Below are positions 20,907 through 30,653 of a DNA stretch of 64,000 bases, one piece after another. This stretch comes from Patescibacteria group bacterium. Lineage in GTDB: Bacteria > Patescibacteriota > Microgenomatia > Levybacterales > UBA12049. The translations under genes and the position numbers were made by a program. The notes under the pieces are model-generated. The model was not told the DNA's origin. It saw only the letters and a program-made list of their open reading frames with translations, and searched no databases. The stretch is from NCBI GenBank assembly GCA_038064195.1, contig JBBTTO010000002.1, positions 76,981-140,980 of the forward strand, read 5' to 3'. Positions within the stretch are counted from its first letter, which is position 1. The number at the start of each line of letters is the position of its first letter.

Positions 20907-22088
20907 ATGCACTATATCGACGAGGCGCACTTACAGAATAAGCGTGTTTTATTACGCGTTGATTTTAATGTACCTATCAACAAGCAGCTAGAAGTTATCA
21001 ATGATGAACGCATTCGTCAATCGATCCCGACAATAAAATATCTATTAAGTAATAATAATCTCCCCGTTCTTCTTGCCCATCTTGGTCAACCAAAAGGGAT
21101 TGACAAGGCTCTATCTTTAGAGCCGATTGCAAAAAGATTGCAGGAGTTATTGCCGGATGTAAAAGTCATGTTTGTCCCGGATTTACAATCCGTACCAAGA
21201 GAAAATACCCGAAAGGGCATTACAAAAGTAATCGTTTTACTTGAGAATATCCGCTTTTTTGCAGGTGAGACAAATAATGATCCGGCATTTACCAAACAAC
21301 TCGCAGGCCTTGGTGATGTCTATATCAACGACGCCTTCAGTGTTTCTCATCGCAAAGAAGCATCTATTATCGGACTGCCTACCCTTCTCCCTGCCTTTGG
21401 CGGATTGCTGATGAAAAAAGAAATTGAGATGGTCCATAAGCTTTTGGATAATCCCGCACATCCCTTTGTCGCGATTTTGGGGGGGGCTAAAATCTCAACC
21501 AAAATTTCTTTTCTGAATAAACTTATTGAGATAGCAGATACCATACTCCTGGGTGGGGGCTTGGCAAATACCTTTTTACTTGCTGAAAATAAACAGGTCG
21601 GAGAAAGCTTGGCTGAAGCAGATGAAATTAACGCCGCCAGTGAGCTGCTTGCTTTAGCTAAAGAAAAAGGTAAACAACTCCTTCTTCCTACTGATGTCCT
21701 CATAGGGGAAAAAGACGCTAAACAAAGTCTAACAAAAGTAATTAATGAACTCTCTTCTAAAGATACAATTTTTGATATCGGTCCACAGACAGTCATCTTG
21801 TATACAGAAGTCATTGCTCAAGCTAAGACGCTTCTTTGGAATGGACCGCTCGGGTACTTTGAAAATCCTGCTTTTGCGCAAGGTACAGATGGAATCTTTC
21901 AGGCACTGGTAAACAATACCGGCGCGATCTCAGTTATCGGGGGTGGGGAGACAATCACCTCTATCGCAGATGAAACTGACCGCAATAAAATAACTCATAT
22001 CTCAACCGGTGGTGGGGCTCTCCTTGACTATATTGCGAATGGGACACTTCCGGGCATTGAAGCGCTCAACACGTCAGAATTGTCGTAA
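20907..22088 (+). CDS. pgk: Phosphoglycerate kinase
   Basis: KRVLLRVDFNVP and the hinge and C-terminal ATP-binding motifs GGGA and TGGGA are present. Confidence 0.95.
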   Translation: MHYIDEAHLQNKRVLLRVDFNVPINKQLEVINDERIRQSIPTIKYLLSNNNLPVLLAHLGQPKGIDKALSLEPIAKRLQELLPDVKVMFVPDLQSVPRENTRKGITKVIVLLENIRFFAGETNNDPAFTKQLAGLGDVYINDAFSVSHRKEASIIGLPTLLPAFGGLLMKKEIEMVHKLLDNPAHPFVAILGGAKISTKISFLNKLIEIADTILLGGGLANTFLLAENKQVGESLAEADEINAASELLALAKEKGKQLLLPTDVLIGEKDAKQSLTKVINELSSKDTIFDIGPQTVILYTEVIAQAKTLLWNGPLGYFENPAFAQGTDGIFQALVNNTGAISVIGGGETITSIADETDRNKITHISTGGGALLDYIANGTLPGIEALNTSELS

Positions 22089-22717
22089 TGTTGTCTGACA
22101 TGAGTACTCCTCCTGTCAAGCTTTTCTCTCTTGTCTCTTTTATGATTAGTCCATGAATCCTGAAAAAGGACTTGATTGGGGAGCCGGCTTTGGTAGAGGG
22201 AGAATTTATAGGCCTCCTCGTACGCCTCGGACTGATGCCGGGGTGGAAAATTATCCAATTGCTGGACTTGAAGATACAACCACGGGAGAAGGTGAGCCTC
22301 TCCGACTTTATCTTGACGGATTTGATGGTATTCCCCCTCACAGAGCTGGCCAGACATTAAGACCGCAAAGAAACGGCAAGCACTAGTATCCACCTACCAA
22401 CTCCTCCCTACTACGTAGATGAACCTGATCTCATCCGTCCGAACCCTAACCCTTAAAGCCTTACACTCTCTTGTAATGCGGCTATCTAAGACTCTCCAAC
22501 TGACCCTTATTTTACTCACAGACGACGAGATCTCCCTTTTCAACCGAATGACCTTCCACCATCTGTCTACCCAATTCTGACCTGGGAAGGAACAAACCTA
22601 GATAATCCTGAGGAGCCCTATGAGCATGTACCTGAACATATGTATGATCCAAATTCACGAATTGGTGCGAAACGTTCGACCTAGTATTCCTCTTAACAAT
22701 TCTTTATAATTAACTCC

Positions 22718-23377
22718 ATGCCTGATATATTTAACGTTGAGCACTTCGTTCAAAGCTCAGGACAGCTGATTGCGCTCATAGCCTTATTTGGTATTGTTTT
22801 TGCTGAAACCGGTCTCCTTATTGGCTTTTTCCTCCCAGGAGATAGCCTCCTTTTTACAGCTGGGATTCTCTCATCTCAGGGGTATCTAAATATTTTTTTC
22901 CTCATACCCGTACTTTTTGTAGCAGCAGTTGCTGGTGATACGGCAGGGTATTTTTTTGGACATAGAGTAGGACGGAGACTATTCCAGCGTAAAGAATCAT
23001 TTCTTTTTAGAAAAGATCACCTTATGAAAGCAGAAGCTTTTTATGAAAAACATGGTGGTAAAACAATTATTTTGGCTCGCTTTATGCCTGTAATTCGCAC
23101 ATTCGCTCCTATTGTAGCCGGAATTAGTCAAATGCATTATCGTAGTTTTATTTCCTATAACCTCATTGGGGCTGCTCTATGGGCAATTGGGCTTCCTCTT
23201 TTTGGATATTTTCTAGGCAAGCTCATCCCTGATATCGACAAGTATCTTCTCCCTATCATCGGCCTTATTGTGATAGTCTCAGTTGCTCCTCCAATACTTG
23301 AGGTTCTTAAGTCAAAAGAGGGAAGAACAAAGCTTCTCCAGTCCAGTAGGTCTATACTCAAGCGATTCTCTAAATAG
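22718..23377 (+). CDS. dedA: DedA / SNARE-associated (TVP38) family membrane protein
   Basis: The FFLPGDSLLFTAGIL signature is present, with four or more TM helices. Confidence 0.75.
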   Translation: MPDIFNVEHFVQSSGQLIALIALFGIVFAETGLLIGFFLPGDSLLFTAGILSSQGYLNIFFLIPVLFVAAVAGDTAGYFFGHRVGRRLFQRKESFLFRKDHLMKAEAFYEKHGGKTIILARFMPVIRTFAPIVAGISQMHYRSFISYNLIGAALWAIGLPLFGYFLGKLIPDIDKYLLPIIGLIVIVSVAPPILEVLKSKEGRTKLLQSSRSILKRFSK

Positions 23378-23421
23378 CTGGTAAAATTTCTTCCAAGGTC
23401 TCTTGCTCAGGCTGGGCGTTA

Positions 23422-24378
23422 CTACTTATTTTGCTTCTTACTGGGAGCGTCTTGAAAGGATACTTCAATTGCCTTCAAGCTGATGCGGGATTTATAGAAA
23501 AAGTATCCTACAGTTCCAAAGGTTGCTAAAGGAGACAGCCAGTGAGGAATATGCATACCAAAACTATCCAGTATCATAATCACACCAAGAATGAGAATTG
23601 AGTACATTGCACCATTCTTAAGATATTTATACTGCTTAATTCGTTCAATGTTACTCACTGTTAATTTACGAAGGATGAGTGCTCCAATGCCATTGCCAAG
23701 GAGGATAAGCGGAACAGAAAAAGTGAAGGCAAAGGCCCCAATTACACCATCGATTGAAAACGTTGAATCAAGAACTTCAAGGTACGCGATCTTACTGACA
23801 TCAGACATATTCTCACTCATAAGTTTTCTTTCCTGATTCTCAGCAAATTGACGGAATCCGTGAATAATAAAAAACGCTGTTGAACCAAGAACAGCCGAGA
23901 AGGCGAGAAGAGGATTCTTTTGAAGGGCAAACCAGACAATCGCTGTAAGAAGAATTGATACAATAGCAAAGAACCACGCCCCTTGTGCCTGAAAAAAGCG
24001 TTCACCTTTGAGTCCGAAATGTTTTGGTTCAAGAAACAACCAATTAAAGAATAGAAAAACAAGGAACACTCCCCCACCCAACAACAGCAATGGGGAAGAA
24101 GATTCAATCGCCTCAGCAATACGGGGATCATTTGAGAAAGCAGCGGTGAGAATGCCGATGGGACCTATCCCTGGATTAGCAAACCAAATAATAAGAAAGG
24201 GCAACAGGCCACGGACGACAAGAACTGCAAAAAGGAAACCCCACAGGAGGAACCACTTACGAGCTTTCTTACTCATGCCCGACAGAACCTCAGCATTGAT
24301 AATGGCGTTGTCAATACTCGTGATCACCTCAAAAAGGCCAAGTCCGCCAATGATTAACCCTAGAGCTAGAAAATCCAT
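23422..24378 (-). CDS. Integral membrane protein, TerC/DUF475-like
   Basis: N-terminal ITSIDNAIINAEVL and multiple TM helices are present. Confidence 0.4.
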   Translation of the reverse strand: MDFLALGLIIGGLGLFEVITSIDNAIINAEVLSGMSKKARKWFLLWGFLFAVLVVRGLLPFLIIWFANPGIGPIGILTAAFSNDPRIAEAIESSSPLLLLGGGVFLVFLFFNWLFLEPKHFGLKGERFFQAQGAWFFAIVSILLTAIVWFALQKNPLLAFSAVLGSTAFFIIHGFRQFAENQERKLMSENMSDVSKIAYLEVLDSTFSIDGVIGAFAFTFSVPLILLGNGIGALILRKLTVSNIERIKQYKYLKNGAMYSILILGVIMILDSFGMHIPHWLSPLATFGTVGYFFYKSRISLKAIEVSFQDAPSKKQNK

Positions 24379-24446
24379 ATCGAAGAATTATACCATGAAT
24401 AGCAGGATAATTTATGAGCTACTATCCTTTGTTTATTCCAATTTGC

Positions 24447-27104
24447 TTAACGTTCAACAAAGGATAGTTGTAACTCCTGGTCAGTCGCTAGTGTTGACTC
24501 AAAAACTAGTTTCCCTCCCAAATCATTGACAGGAGAACTTGATCTGAGCAACTTACTATCAACAGGATAAGTCAGATTTAGCCGGTAAGGATCCGAAAGT
24601 GTCCCCGGTTGCTTAGCAACTAAGAGACCATAACTCCATTCCTGCTTATCAATTGCTGCCTTAGCATTAAGGGTATAACTGAGGGAGACTGTCCGTGTTT
24701 GCCCCATCGGGACAGTCACTAATAAACCAAAGACCGTCCTCCCCTTCTCACTTTCCTGCTCGACCTCAAGCCCGACAGGAGTTTTAAATCCCCGGGCCCG
24801 GTAAACCCTCGGATCAGTTGCCATCGCGGTTATTCTCTGCTCCTGATGATCTACCATAACTCCGGTTAAGGTTGTGTCTTGAGGAACAAGGACCCTCAGA
24901 TATGCTTTATAATCTCCGCCAAATTTGCTTGCCTTAGTGCTGGTGTTGGTATACTTATAAGTAACGACATCCATTACCTGCCCCTCCCCGTCAATTGTAG
25001 CTTGTTGCTCAACTGAGCGCTTCAGATAAAAGTTACTTTTGTTTTGACCAATATTTGCCTCACTTGCCTGCAGACTATCCAACACAGTACCACTTTGAAC
25101 AAGTCGCTTCTCTGTGATATCTCCTGAAAGATTATTCACGCTAAAAAGCTTTTGCATGGTCGGATCCGGAAAAGCAAAAAGCAGGTGCTTTTGAGCTAAT
25201 GCATCAGCAAGAACGCTTACCATCTTTTGGTGGGAGAATTGACGGTTTTGTAAATGAGAAAGAAGAGCCTGCTCGGCAGAACGAAGGAAATCCTGCTTTT
25301 GGGTTGAACCGGGGAAGGAGTTGTCTTCCGCATGTGATTGAGTCAGGAGATAAAAGTTGTCTTTAGTAAGCCTCTGTTGATAATCCGGGAGTGTAATCGG
25401 CCCGGTAGCACCTAGAAGGTTAGACAGAAAGCTGACATCAATACCGATAACCCCATCGACATTCTGGCCCGTTTCAAGTTTTAAGAATGAAGCAGCTTGT
25501 GAGGCACTGGTCGGGAAATCAGGATCGAAATTGCTGTCACGCAAGAACCAGTGTGAGGCTCCCATAAACCGCTGGAGAGGGAAGGGAGGAGCAATATCAG
25601 CCGTCAGCTTACCGTCGGCATCATACACATTATGGATTGACATATCCTTCACCCTCCCATTTTGTATGGTCAGTAACCCATATGACCCGATAAAACCCCC
25701 TCCGGGTCGTAACTCAAAGTTATTTTGAAAAAGCACCAGGTAGTGTCTTTCTCCGTCAAACCCCAAAAGAACTGGTGTAGCATCAAGTGTGTTAGCAAGG
25801 AGACTAATAGGAGCCTGGAGAGAATCGAGTTGTTTTTTGTAATTTTGCGGCAGTGAATCTTCTGCTTGAATAGCCTGCAGTGAGCTGAGACCCTCCTTAA
25901 GATTATTCACTGCATCAAGATATGCTTGCTTGGTGGGCTCCTGTGATGACCCTAACAATGTCTGAAAAGCCACGCCACTACTGAGGAGTTGCGCCCCTGC
26001 CTCGGATATTTCATGGCCTGTATGCACAAGTCGCTGAATATACTCTGTTTCACGCCCCAAACCAACCCTACTACCCATAGAGCCAAGCAATGAGGCTGCC
26101 TGATCAGCAAGCAAGAAAGATGAACTCGCAGCTCTAACTGATGCAAGCGCTGACTCAAGTTGCCCGCGATCAACTTGTTGTTCAGCTGCCTTTAAGAAGA
26201 CACCGCCGACCATACTTCCTCCCAGGGTCAGAAGCAAGGGGAGTGTGAGAACAAAAAAGAGACAGGCAAAGGTAAATGCGATTTTATTTTTAACACTTTT
26301 TCGCTGTTTTCCGGGCCGTGTCCGTTTACTTGCCTTAGCAGGTATTTTCGGGTTAAAGTCTAGCGGAAACTCTGTTAGCCTTCTTTCTAAAGGATAGTCT
26401 GTCAAGACAGGTTGTGCTGAGGAGGGAAGATGATAAAGAGAAGCTTGTTGTTTTTGTTTGCTGAAATCAATACCTAAAAGAGGGTGGTGTTTTTGCAGTA
26501 GTCTGGCAAAAGACAGCTGCGTGACGGGGTGGGCGGGGAATACGGCATAGACAGTTCCATTTTCACCCTGGGTAAAGGCGACCATAATAGTTGCCTGGAC
26601 AACATCTATAAGAGCTATAGGAAAAAGAATATCTAATCCGCTGTTAGTTAGCTGCAGACGGCCTTCATGTTTTACCTGCATGAGTAGGGAAGTAACAGGC
26701 GTAGACGCCTCCCCGACTGTCTCCGTAAACAAATCGCCAACCACAAGCAGACAGGCTCGCGCATACAAACTAAAAAGATAGCCCGGGAGTTTGTCGCGGT
26801 AATGAAAAATCGAGGTAATCAGGAGCAGGTCAGCCCTTGTCTGACTCGCCTTTGCCGCGAAAGCCGGTAATGACTCCTCTATCTCACGCTCTCCGGAATA
26901 AATAACAAAAATCTTTGAAAATGAATTATCGGGAATTCTGGGGATCTTTTTATTAAAAGGAACTGAAATAATATTTTTCCCGGCAAGATGCTGACTGCTG
27001 ACAAAGATGACAATATGACCTGCCTCAAGCTCACGCGCTAAGGCCTGACCGATAACTCCTTTTTTATCAACAATAAGAATAGGGGAGGATGAAAGACTGG
27101 ACAT
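24447..27104 (-). CDS. Large membrane-anchored DUF4012-family protein with an N-terminal Rossmann-like domain
   Basis: FELRPGGGFIGSYGLL is a DUF4012-like signature. A single TM helix is followed by a long extracytoplasmic region. Confidence 0.5.
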   Translation of the reverse strand: MSSLSSSPILIVDKKGVIGQALARELEAGHIVIFVSSQHLAGKNIISVPFNKKIPRIPDNSFSKIFVIYSGEREIEESLPAFAAKASQTRADLLLITSIFHYRDKLPGYLFSLYARACLLVVGDLFTETVGEASTPVTSLLMQVKHEGRLQLTNSGLDILFPIALIDVVQATIMVAFTQGENGTVYAVFPAHPVTQLSFARLLQKHHPLLGIDFSKQKQQASLYHLPSSAQPVLTDYPLERRLTEFPLDFNPKIPAKASKRTRPGKQRKSVKNKIAFTFACLFFVLTLPLLLTLGGSMVGGVFLKAAEQQVDRGQLESALASVRAASSSFLLADQAASLLGSMGSRVGLGRETEYIQRLVHTGHEISEAGAQLLSSGVAFQTLLGSSQEPTKQAYLDAVNNLKEGLSSLQAIQAEDSLPQNYKKQLDSLQAPISLLANTLDATPVLLGFDGERHYLVLFQNNFELRPGGGFIGSYGLLTIQNGRVKDMSIHNVYDADGKLTADIAPPFPLQRFMGASHWFLRDSNFDPDFPTSASQAASFLKLETGQNVDGVIGIDVSFLSNLLGATGPITLPDYQQRLTKDNFYLLTQSHAEDNSFPGSTQKQDFLRSAEQALLSHLQNRQFSHQKMVSVLADALAQKHLLFAFPDPTMQKLFSVNNLSGDITEKRLVQSGTVLDSLQASEANIGQNKSNFYLKRSVEQQATIDGEGQVMDVVTYKYTNTSTKASKFGGDYKAYLRVLVPQDTTLTGVMVDHQEQRITAMATDPRVYRARGFKTPVGLEVEQESEKGRTVFGLLVTVPMGQTRTVSLSYTLNAKAAIDKQEWSYGLLVAKQPGTLSDPYRLNLTYPVDSKLLRSSSPVNDLGGKLVFESTLATDQELQLSFVER

Positions 27105-27148
27105 AGGCAGTTATTCTATTGTACATCATCTTTGCCTCTCATTTAGGT

Positions 27149-28756
27149 TTAACTTAACCTGCGCATTCGAGGAATTTTCACAGCATGAGAACCTGCAATT
27201 TTTCTTGAATTCTCAACTTGTTTGCCTGTTCTGAGATTTTTCGCTTCACGTGAGGACAAAGCTCTGTTTCCACCAGGCAACGGGTCATCCGCGAAGATCA
27301 CTCCGAAAACAAAAGCTGTCAGCAACTGCCCCTGGTGAAGGGTATAAAGGTAATGATCGGTTGTTCCGAGTAATAAAAACACACCCAATACTATTAATTT
27401 ACCAAGTCGAGTCGATGGATTTGACCGGGAGATACGGAGTAAAGAAACACTAAGAAAAACAAAAAAAATACCCAGGCCGATTCCGCCTGTCTCACTCAAA
27501 AGAAGCAGATAAAATGAATGAACCGGCTGGAAGAAAGCCGGGGGAGCTGGAACAAGCTGTTGACCGAGAACAGGAAGAAAATTCTGCATACCAACACCAA
27601 CCCAAAAGTTGTGGCTAATCATAGTTATAGTCTGCGTTAATAAAAACTCACGAATACTGACTGCTTCATCAATGAAGCTTAGGCTGGTAAAACGGTTAAT
27701 AAGCCCTGTTTGAAAGACAAGAATCGCTAAGAGAACCATGCTGGCTACAAGCAGGCTTTTTTGTAACCGCGTCTTAATGGTAGCTTTCAGTAACCAGACA
27801 AAAAGAATCAGCCCCATCACAACTGTTGCAGTGCGGCTTAAGGTAAGAATAAGCGATACAATCCCGAGGAGAATTGCTACGCTAGGCAGATAACGTCTTA
27901 ACCGATTTTGAGGTCTGGAGAGGGAGGGGGGAAATAATAAGTAAGCCAGCATGATGACCAAAAAACCGGCCAGGACATTCGGGTGAGGGAAGGCTGCATA
28001 AGGCCTGAGAATAAGACTCCCCTGAAGAGATGCGTTTGCAATCCCCGGCGTGACACTGGTAAAGGTTCGTTCTCCCATAAAATACCATATCCCGCCAACT
28101 GAGCTTTGGACTACAGACTGCCAGACAGTAAGCCAGGAGACAAGGATGACACTCAGGCCAACAACAGTACGTATAGTCGTTTGGAGCTTCTTCTGACCGA
28201 TAAACCAGCTGATATAAAGACTGAGAAAAACTATTTCCACAAAACGCGCTACACCGAACAAACTGTTAGACGGAGAGGGAGAACTTAAAGCACGAGAGAT
28301 TAAAAAAATAACAATAAGTAAAACCACCATCCCCCGAAAAGAAAAAAGACTGCGGAATACCCGAGGGAGAGTCTCAATAAAAGCCAATATAATCAAAAAA
28401 TCTGTCAGATAAAACGTGGGGGAGAGATAGTCGATGCGAAGACCGTTAACAAACGCAAAGTCCGGCCAAAAATGCTTACCAAGTTGTACTGGAATACATA
28501 AGAGGATGAGGAAAAAAAGGCTAAGCGCGGGCTTATTCGCGAGGCTTAACAACCAAGACGCGATCTCTTCCTTCCCCCATTGACTCTGAGGTGACTTCAT
28601 CATCATCTTGTAGCGCCAGATGAACAATACGTCGCTCCCATGATTTAAGCTCTGAAAGTGTGTGCGCTCGATTCTCATCCAAGACGCGATCTTTAGTCTG
28701 TTGAGCAAGCCTCTCAAGATATTCGGTGCGATTTTTCTTATAATCGCCAACCTCAA
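27149..28756 (-). CDS. Polytopic membrane protein, O-antigen ligase (Wzy_C)-like
   Basis: There are at least 10 TM helices and a LILTLSRTATVVMGLIL-type loop. The start overlaps jag, so the real start is likely an internal M. Confidence 0.4.
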   Translation of the reverse strand: MRLAIIRKIAPNILRGLLNRLKIASWMRIERTHFQSLNHGSDVLFIWRYKMMMKSPQSQWGKEEIASWLLSLANKPALSLFFLILLCIPVQLGKHFWPDFAFVNGLRIDYLSPTFYLTDFLIILAFIETLPRVFRSLFSFRGMVVLLIVIFLISRALSSPSPSNSLFGVARFVEIVFLSLYISWFIGQKKLQTTIRTVVGLSVILVSWLTVWQSVVQSSVGGIWYFMGERTFTSVTPGIANASLQGSLILRPYAAFPHPNVLAGFLVIMLAYLLFPPSLSRPQNRLRRYLPSVAILLGIVSLILTLSRTATVVMGLILFVWLLKATIKTRLQKSLLVASMVLLAILVFQTGLINRFTSLSFIDEAVSIREFLLTQTITMISHNFWVGVGMQNFLPVLGQQLVPAPPAFFQPVHSFYLLLLSETGGIGLGIFFVFLSVSLLRISRSNPSTRLGKLIVLGVFLLLGTTDHYLYTLHQGQLLTAFVFGVIFADDPLPGGNRALSSREAKNLRTGKQVENSRKIAGSHAVKIPRMRRLS

Positions 28757-29042
28757 CTGAAACCCTGATAAAGCGCCCGATTTTTTTGGAGGCCATAAGA
28801 GAAACCATCAGCTGAAGTGCTTCTAGTATCTCGCCGTGATAGCCGATGATAAGCCCACTCTCCTCAGTCTCAACAACTATATCAGCACTATCATCATGGG
28901 GCTCAATTACTGGTGTCCCTGATACCTCAAGACGGGAGAGTAACTCTTCAGTCACTTCCTGTAAGATTGTTTGTTCTTTTTGAGTAAGTTCTGGCATATT
29001 ATTTCTTTCGTTTTTTACCTGTCGGCTTTGGGGCCTTTTCAA
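28533..29042 (-). CDS. jag: Jag/KhpB RNA-binding protein (KH + R3H)
   Basis: GYHGEILEALQ (KH-like) and a C-terminal R3H-like RRIVHLAL are present. The position downstream of yidC is conserved. Confidence 0.7.
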   Translation of the reverse strand: MKRPQSRQVKNERNNMPELTQKEQTILQEVTEELLSRLEVSGTPVIEPHDDSADIVVETEESGLIIGYHGEILEALQLMVSLMASKKIGRFIRVSVEVGDYKKNRTEYLERLAQQTKDRVLDENRAHTLSELKSWERRIVHLALQDDDEVTSESMGEGRDRVLVVKPRE

Positions 29043-29853
29043 CCACTGCCGGTATAGCTACAACAGTCTTGTTCTCTTGCTGCATTAAATACTGCTGTAT
29101 GATACCAAAAAACGTGAAGGTAATCCAGTAGAAAGACAGGCCTGCCGGAAAACTGTATGAGAAAAAGGCAATCATCAGGGGGAAGATATAAAGAGACTGT
29201 GTCTGAAAGGCAGTTGCAAAGTCTGATGTACCGCCTTTTTTCTTAGCTGCCGGCTCGCTAGACGGAGGTGGTAACATCATTTTTGATTGGATAAACTGAG
29301 AAACACCGGTCAAAATAGGCAGGATTAATATCCCAACGCCGACAACACCGATAAGCTCCCCGGGAGTCTTACCTAAAGGAATACCGAAAAAATGACTGTC
29401 CCAAATCGTGTGCAGTTTTAACGCGTCTGTATAAAGCAGTTTATTAATTTCCTGAACTGAGGTTTGCTTGACAACATCCTGAAGAACAGAATAAAGCCCC
29501 CAAATAACCGGTAACTGAATAATAAGGGGGATACACCCTGCCGCCGGGTTAATACCATGCTCTTTATAAAGAAGCATAGTCTCTGATTGAAGTCTCTGTG
29601 GATTGCCTTTATGCTGTTCCCGCAGGCGGGATAAATGAGGAGAGACTCTTTGCATCTTACCGGCTGAACGGAGCTGTGCTGCCATCAAGGGGAAAAGTGC
29701 CAAACGAATAATAATTGTTAAAATAATAATCGCAAATCCAAGCGGGGAGGGGATATGAAGAATAAGGAGGAGCTGGTAAACTCCGACCAAAACATTGATA
29801 ATCGGTTGGACTAAAAGGATTGTAAAAATATCTCCCATAAGTTTATTTCGCAA
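28999..29853 (-). CDS. yidC: Membrane protein insertase YidC (short form)
   Basis: Five TM helices and conserved YidC/Oxa1 core helices are present. The synteny is rnpA-yidD-yidC-jag. Confidence 0.85.
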   Translation of the reverse strand: MRNKLMGDIFTILLVQPIINVLVGVYQLLLILHIPSPLGFAIIILTIIIRLALFPLMAAQLRSAGKMQRVSPHLSRLREQHKGNPQRLQSETMLLYKEHGINPAAGCIPLIIQLPVIWGLYSVLQDVVKQTSVQEINKLLYTDALKLHTIWDSHFFGIPLGKTPGELIGVVGVGILILPILTGVSQFIQSKMMLPPPSSEPAAKKKGGTSDFATAFQTQSLYIFPLMIAFFSYSFPAGLSFYWITFTFFGIIQQYLMQQENKTVVAIPAVVEKAPKPTGKKRKK

Positions 29854-30049
29854 AAGGCTGACAACGTAAAATTCTCTTTATCGCCAATTGAGATCCGTAT
29901 AGTATACCATACTGCCTGATCATTCTCTCTGTATAAACTGAACATGTCTCCTCATATCGACAGGCTGACTTCACTCCGACCAGTTGATGAAGCAGAGGTG
30001 AAATAATTATTTTATAAAATCTGATAAGAAGTACTCCTACGATTTTCAT
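29843..30049 (-). CDS. yidD: Membrane protein insertion efficiency factor YidD
   Basis: The 68-aa protein LIRFYKIIISPLL...CRYEETCSVY matches the YidD signature. Confidence 0.8.
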   Translation of the reverse strand: MKIVGVLLIRFYKIIISPLLHQLVGVKSACRYEETCSVYTERMIRQYGILYGSQLAIKRILRCQPFAK

Positions 30050-30366
30050 AGCGAACTTTGCTTAATAAGGCTCACGAGACTGTTTTTTATATCCTCACTG
30101 AGTTCTGGAAATGGCTGATGAATAATAAAAAGATAATCTTTATTTACTGAGAACTCATGCATATGTTCCTGTATAAATTGATGGAGAAGGCGACGGATAC
30201 GATTACGAATCGTAGCCCGCTTGTCAACCTTCTTGGAGATAATTATCCCAAACCTGGGATACCCTAATCCATTTGAGGTATATTTGACCAGGAAAAACGG
30301 GCTGGGAAAACTACTACCACCGGCAATACGCCTGGAATGGGGAAGCCTGTTTAGCTTAGGGAGCAT
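30046..30366 (-). CDS. rnpA: RNase P protein component
   Basis: A 106-aa basic protein with RNRIRRLL sits directly downstream of rpmH. Confidence 0.7.
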   Translation of the reverse strand: MLPKLNRLPHSRRIAGGSSFPSPFFLVKYTSNGLGYPRFGIIISKKVDKRATIRNRIRRLLHQFIQEHMHEFSVNKDYLFIIHQPFPELSEDIKNSLVSLIKQSSL

Positions 30367-30369
30367 GAC

Positions 30370-30504
30370 TTAGATAGTTAAATGCTTTCTGCCTGTTGCG
30401 CGACGACGTGCAACAACTTTTCGTCCGCCATGAGTTGCCATCTTCGACATAAATCCGTGTTTGCGTTGGCGTTTTACTTTTTTGAGGGTTACAAACTTTT
30501 CCAT
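30370..30504 (-). CDS. rpmH: Ribosomal protein L34
   Basis: The 44-aa [44 protein letters not shown] is a close L34 match. The track ORF is over-extended at its N-terminus. Confidence 0.85.
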   Translation of the reverse strand: MEKFVTLKKVKRQRKHGFMSKMATHGGRKVVARRRATGRKHLTI

Positions 30505-30578
30505 AAAGAGTAGTATATCAGATTTCCGGTCTCTTGCAAAGCCTGATAGCCTCAGCCAAAAAACCATCTTGACATAAG

Positions 30579-30587
30579 TTATCCACA
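30579..30587 (+). promoter_or_regulatory. Perfect DnaA box TTATCCACA in the rpmH-dnaA intergenic region
   Basis: Exact 9-mer match, 67 nt upstream of the dnaA start. Confidence 0.5.
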
Positions 30588-30653
30588 TTAGTAGACTGAC
30601 TGATACTGCCGCCGGTCTTACTTTTCCTGCTGGAGCCACCACATACAATAACT

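Noticed and set aside
22153-22386. 77-aa ORF (MNPEKGLDWGAGFGRGRIY...) in the pgk-dedA gap
   Set aside because: It is low-complexity Gly/Arg/Pro-rich with no recognisable RBS spacing, and it overlaps antisense ORFs of similar length. More likely the region is non-coding or ncRNA.
30370-30648. The 92-aa extension of the rpmH ORF
   Set aside because: L34 is universally ~44-46 aa, and the internal M at 30504 gives a canonical L34. The upstream extension would also run through the DnaA-box region.
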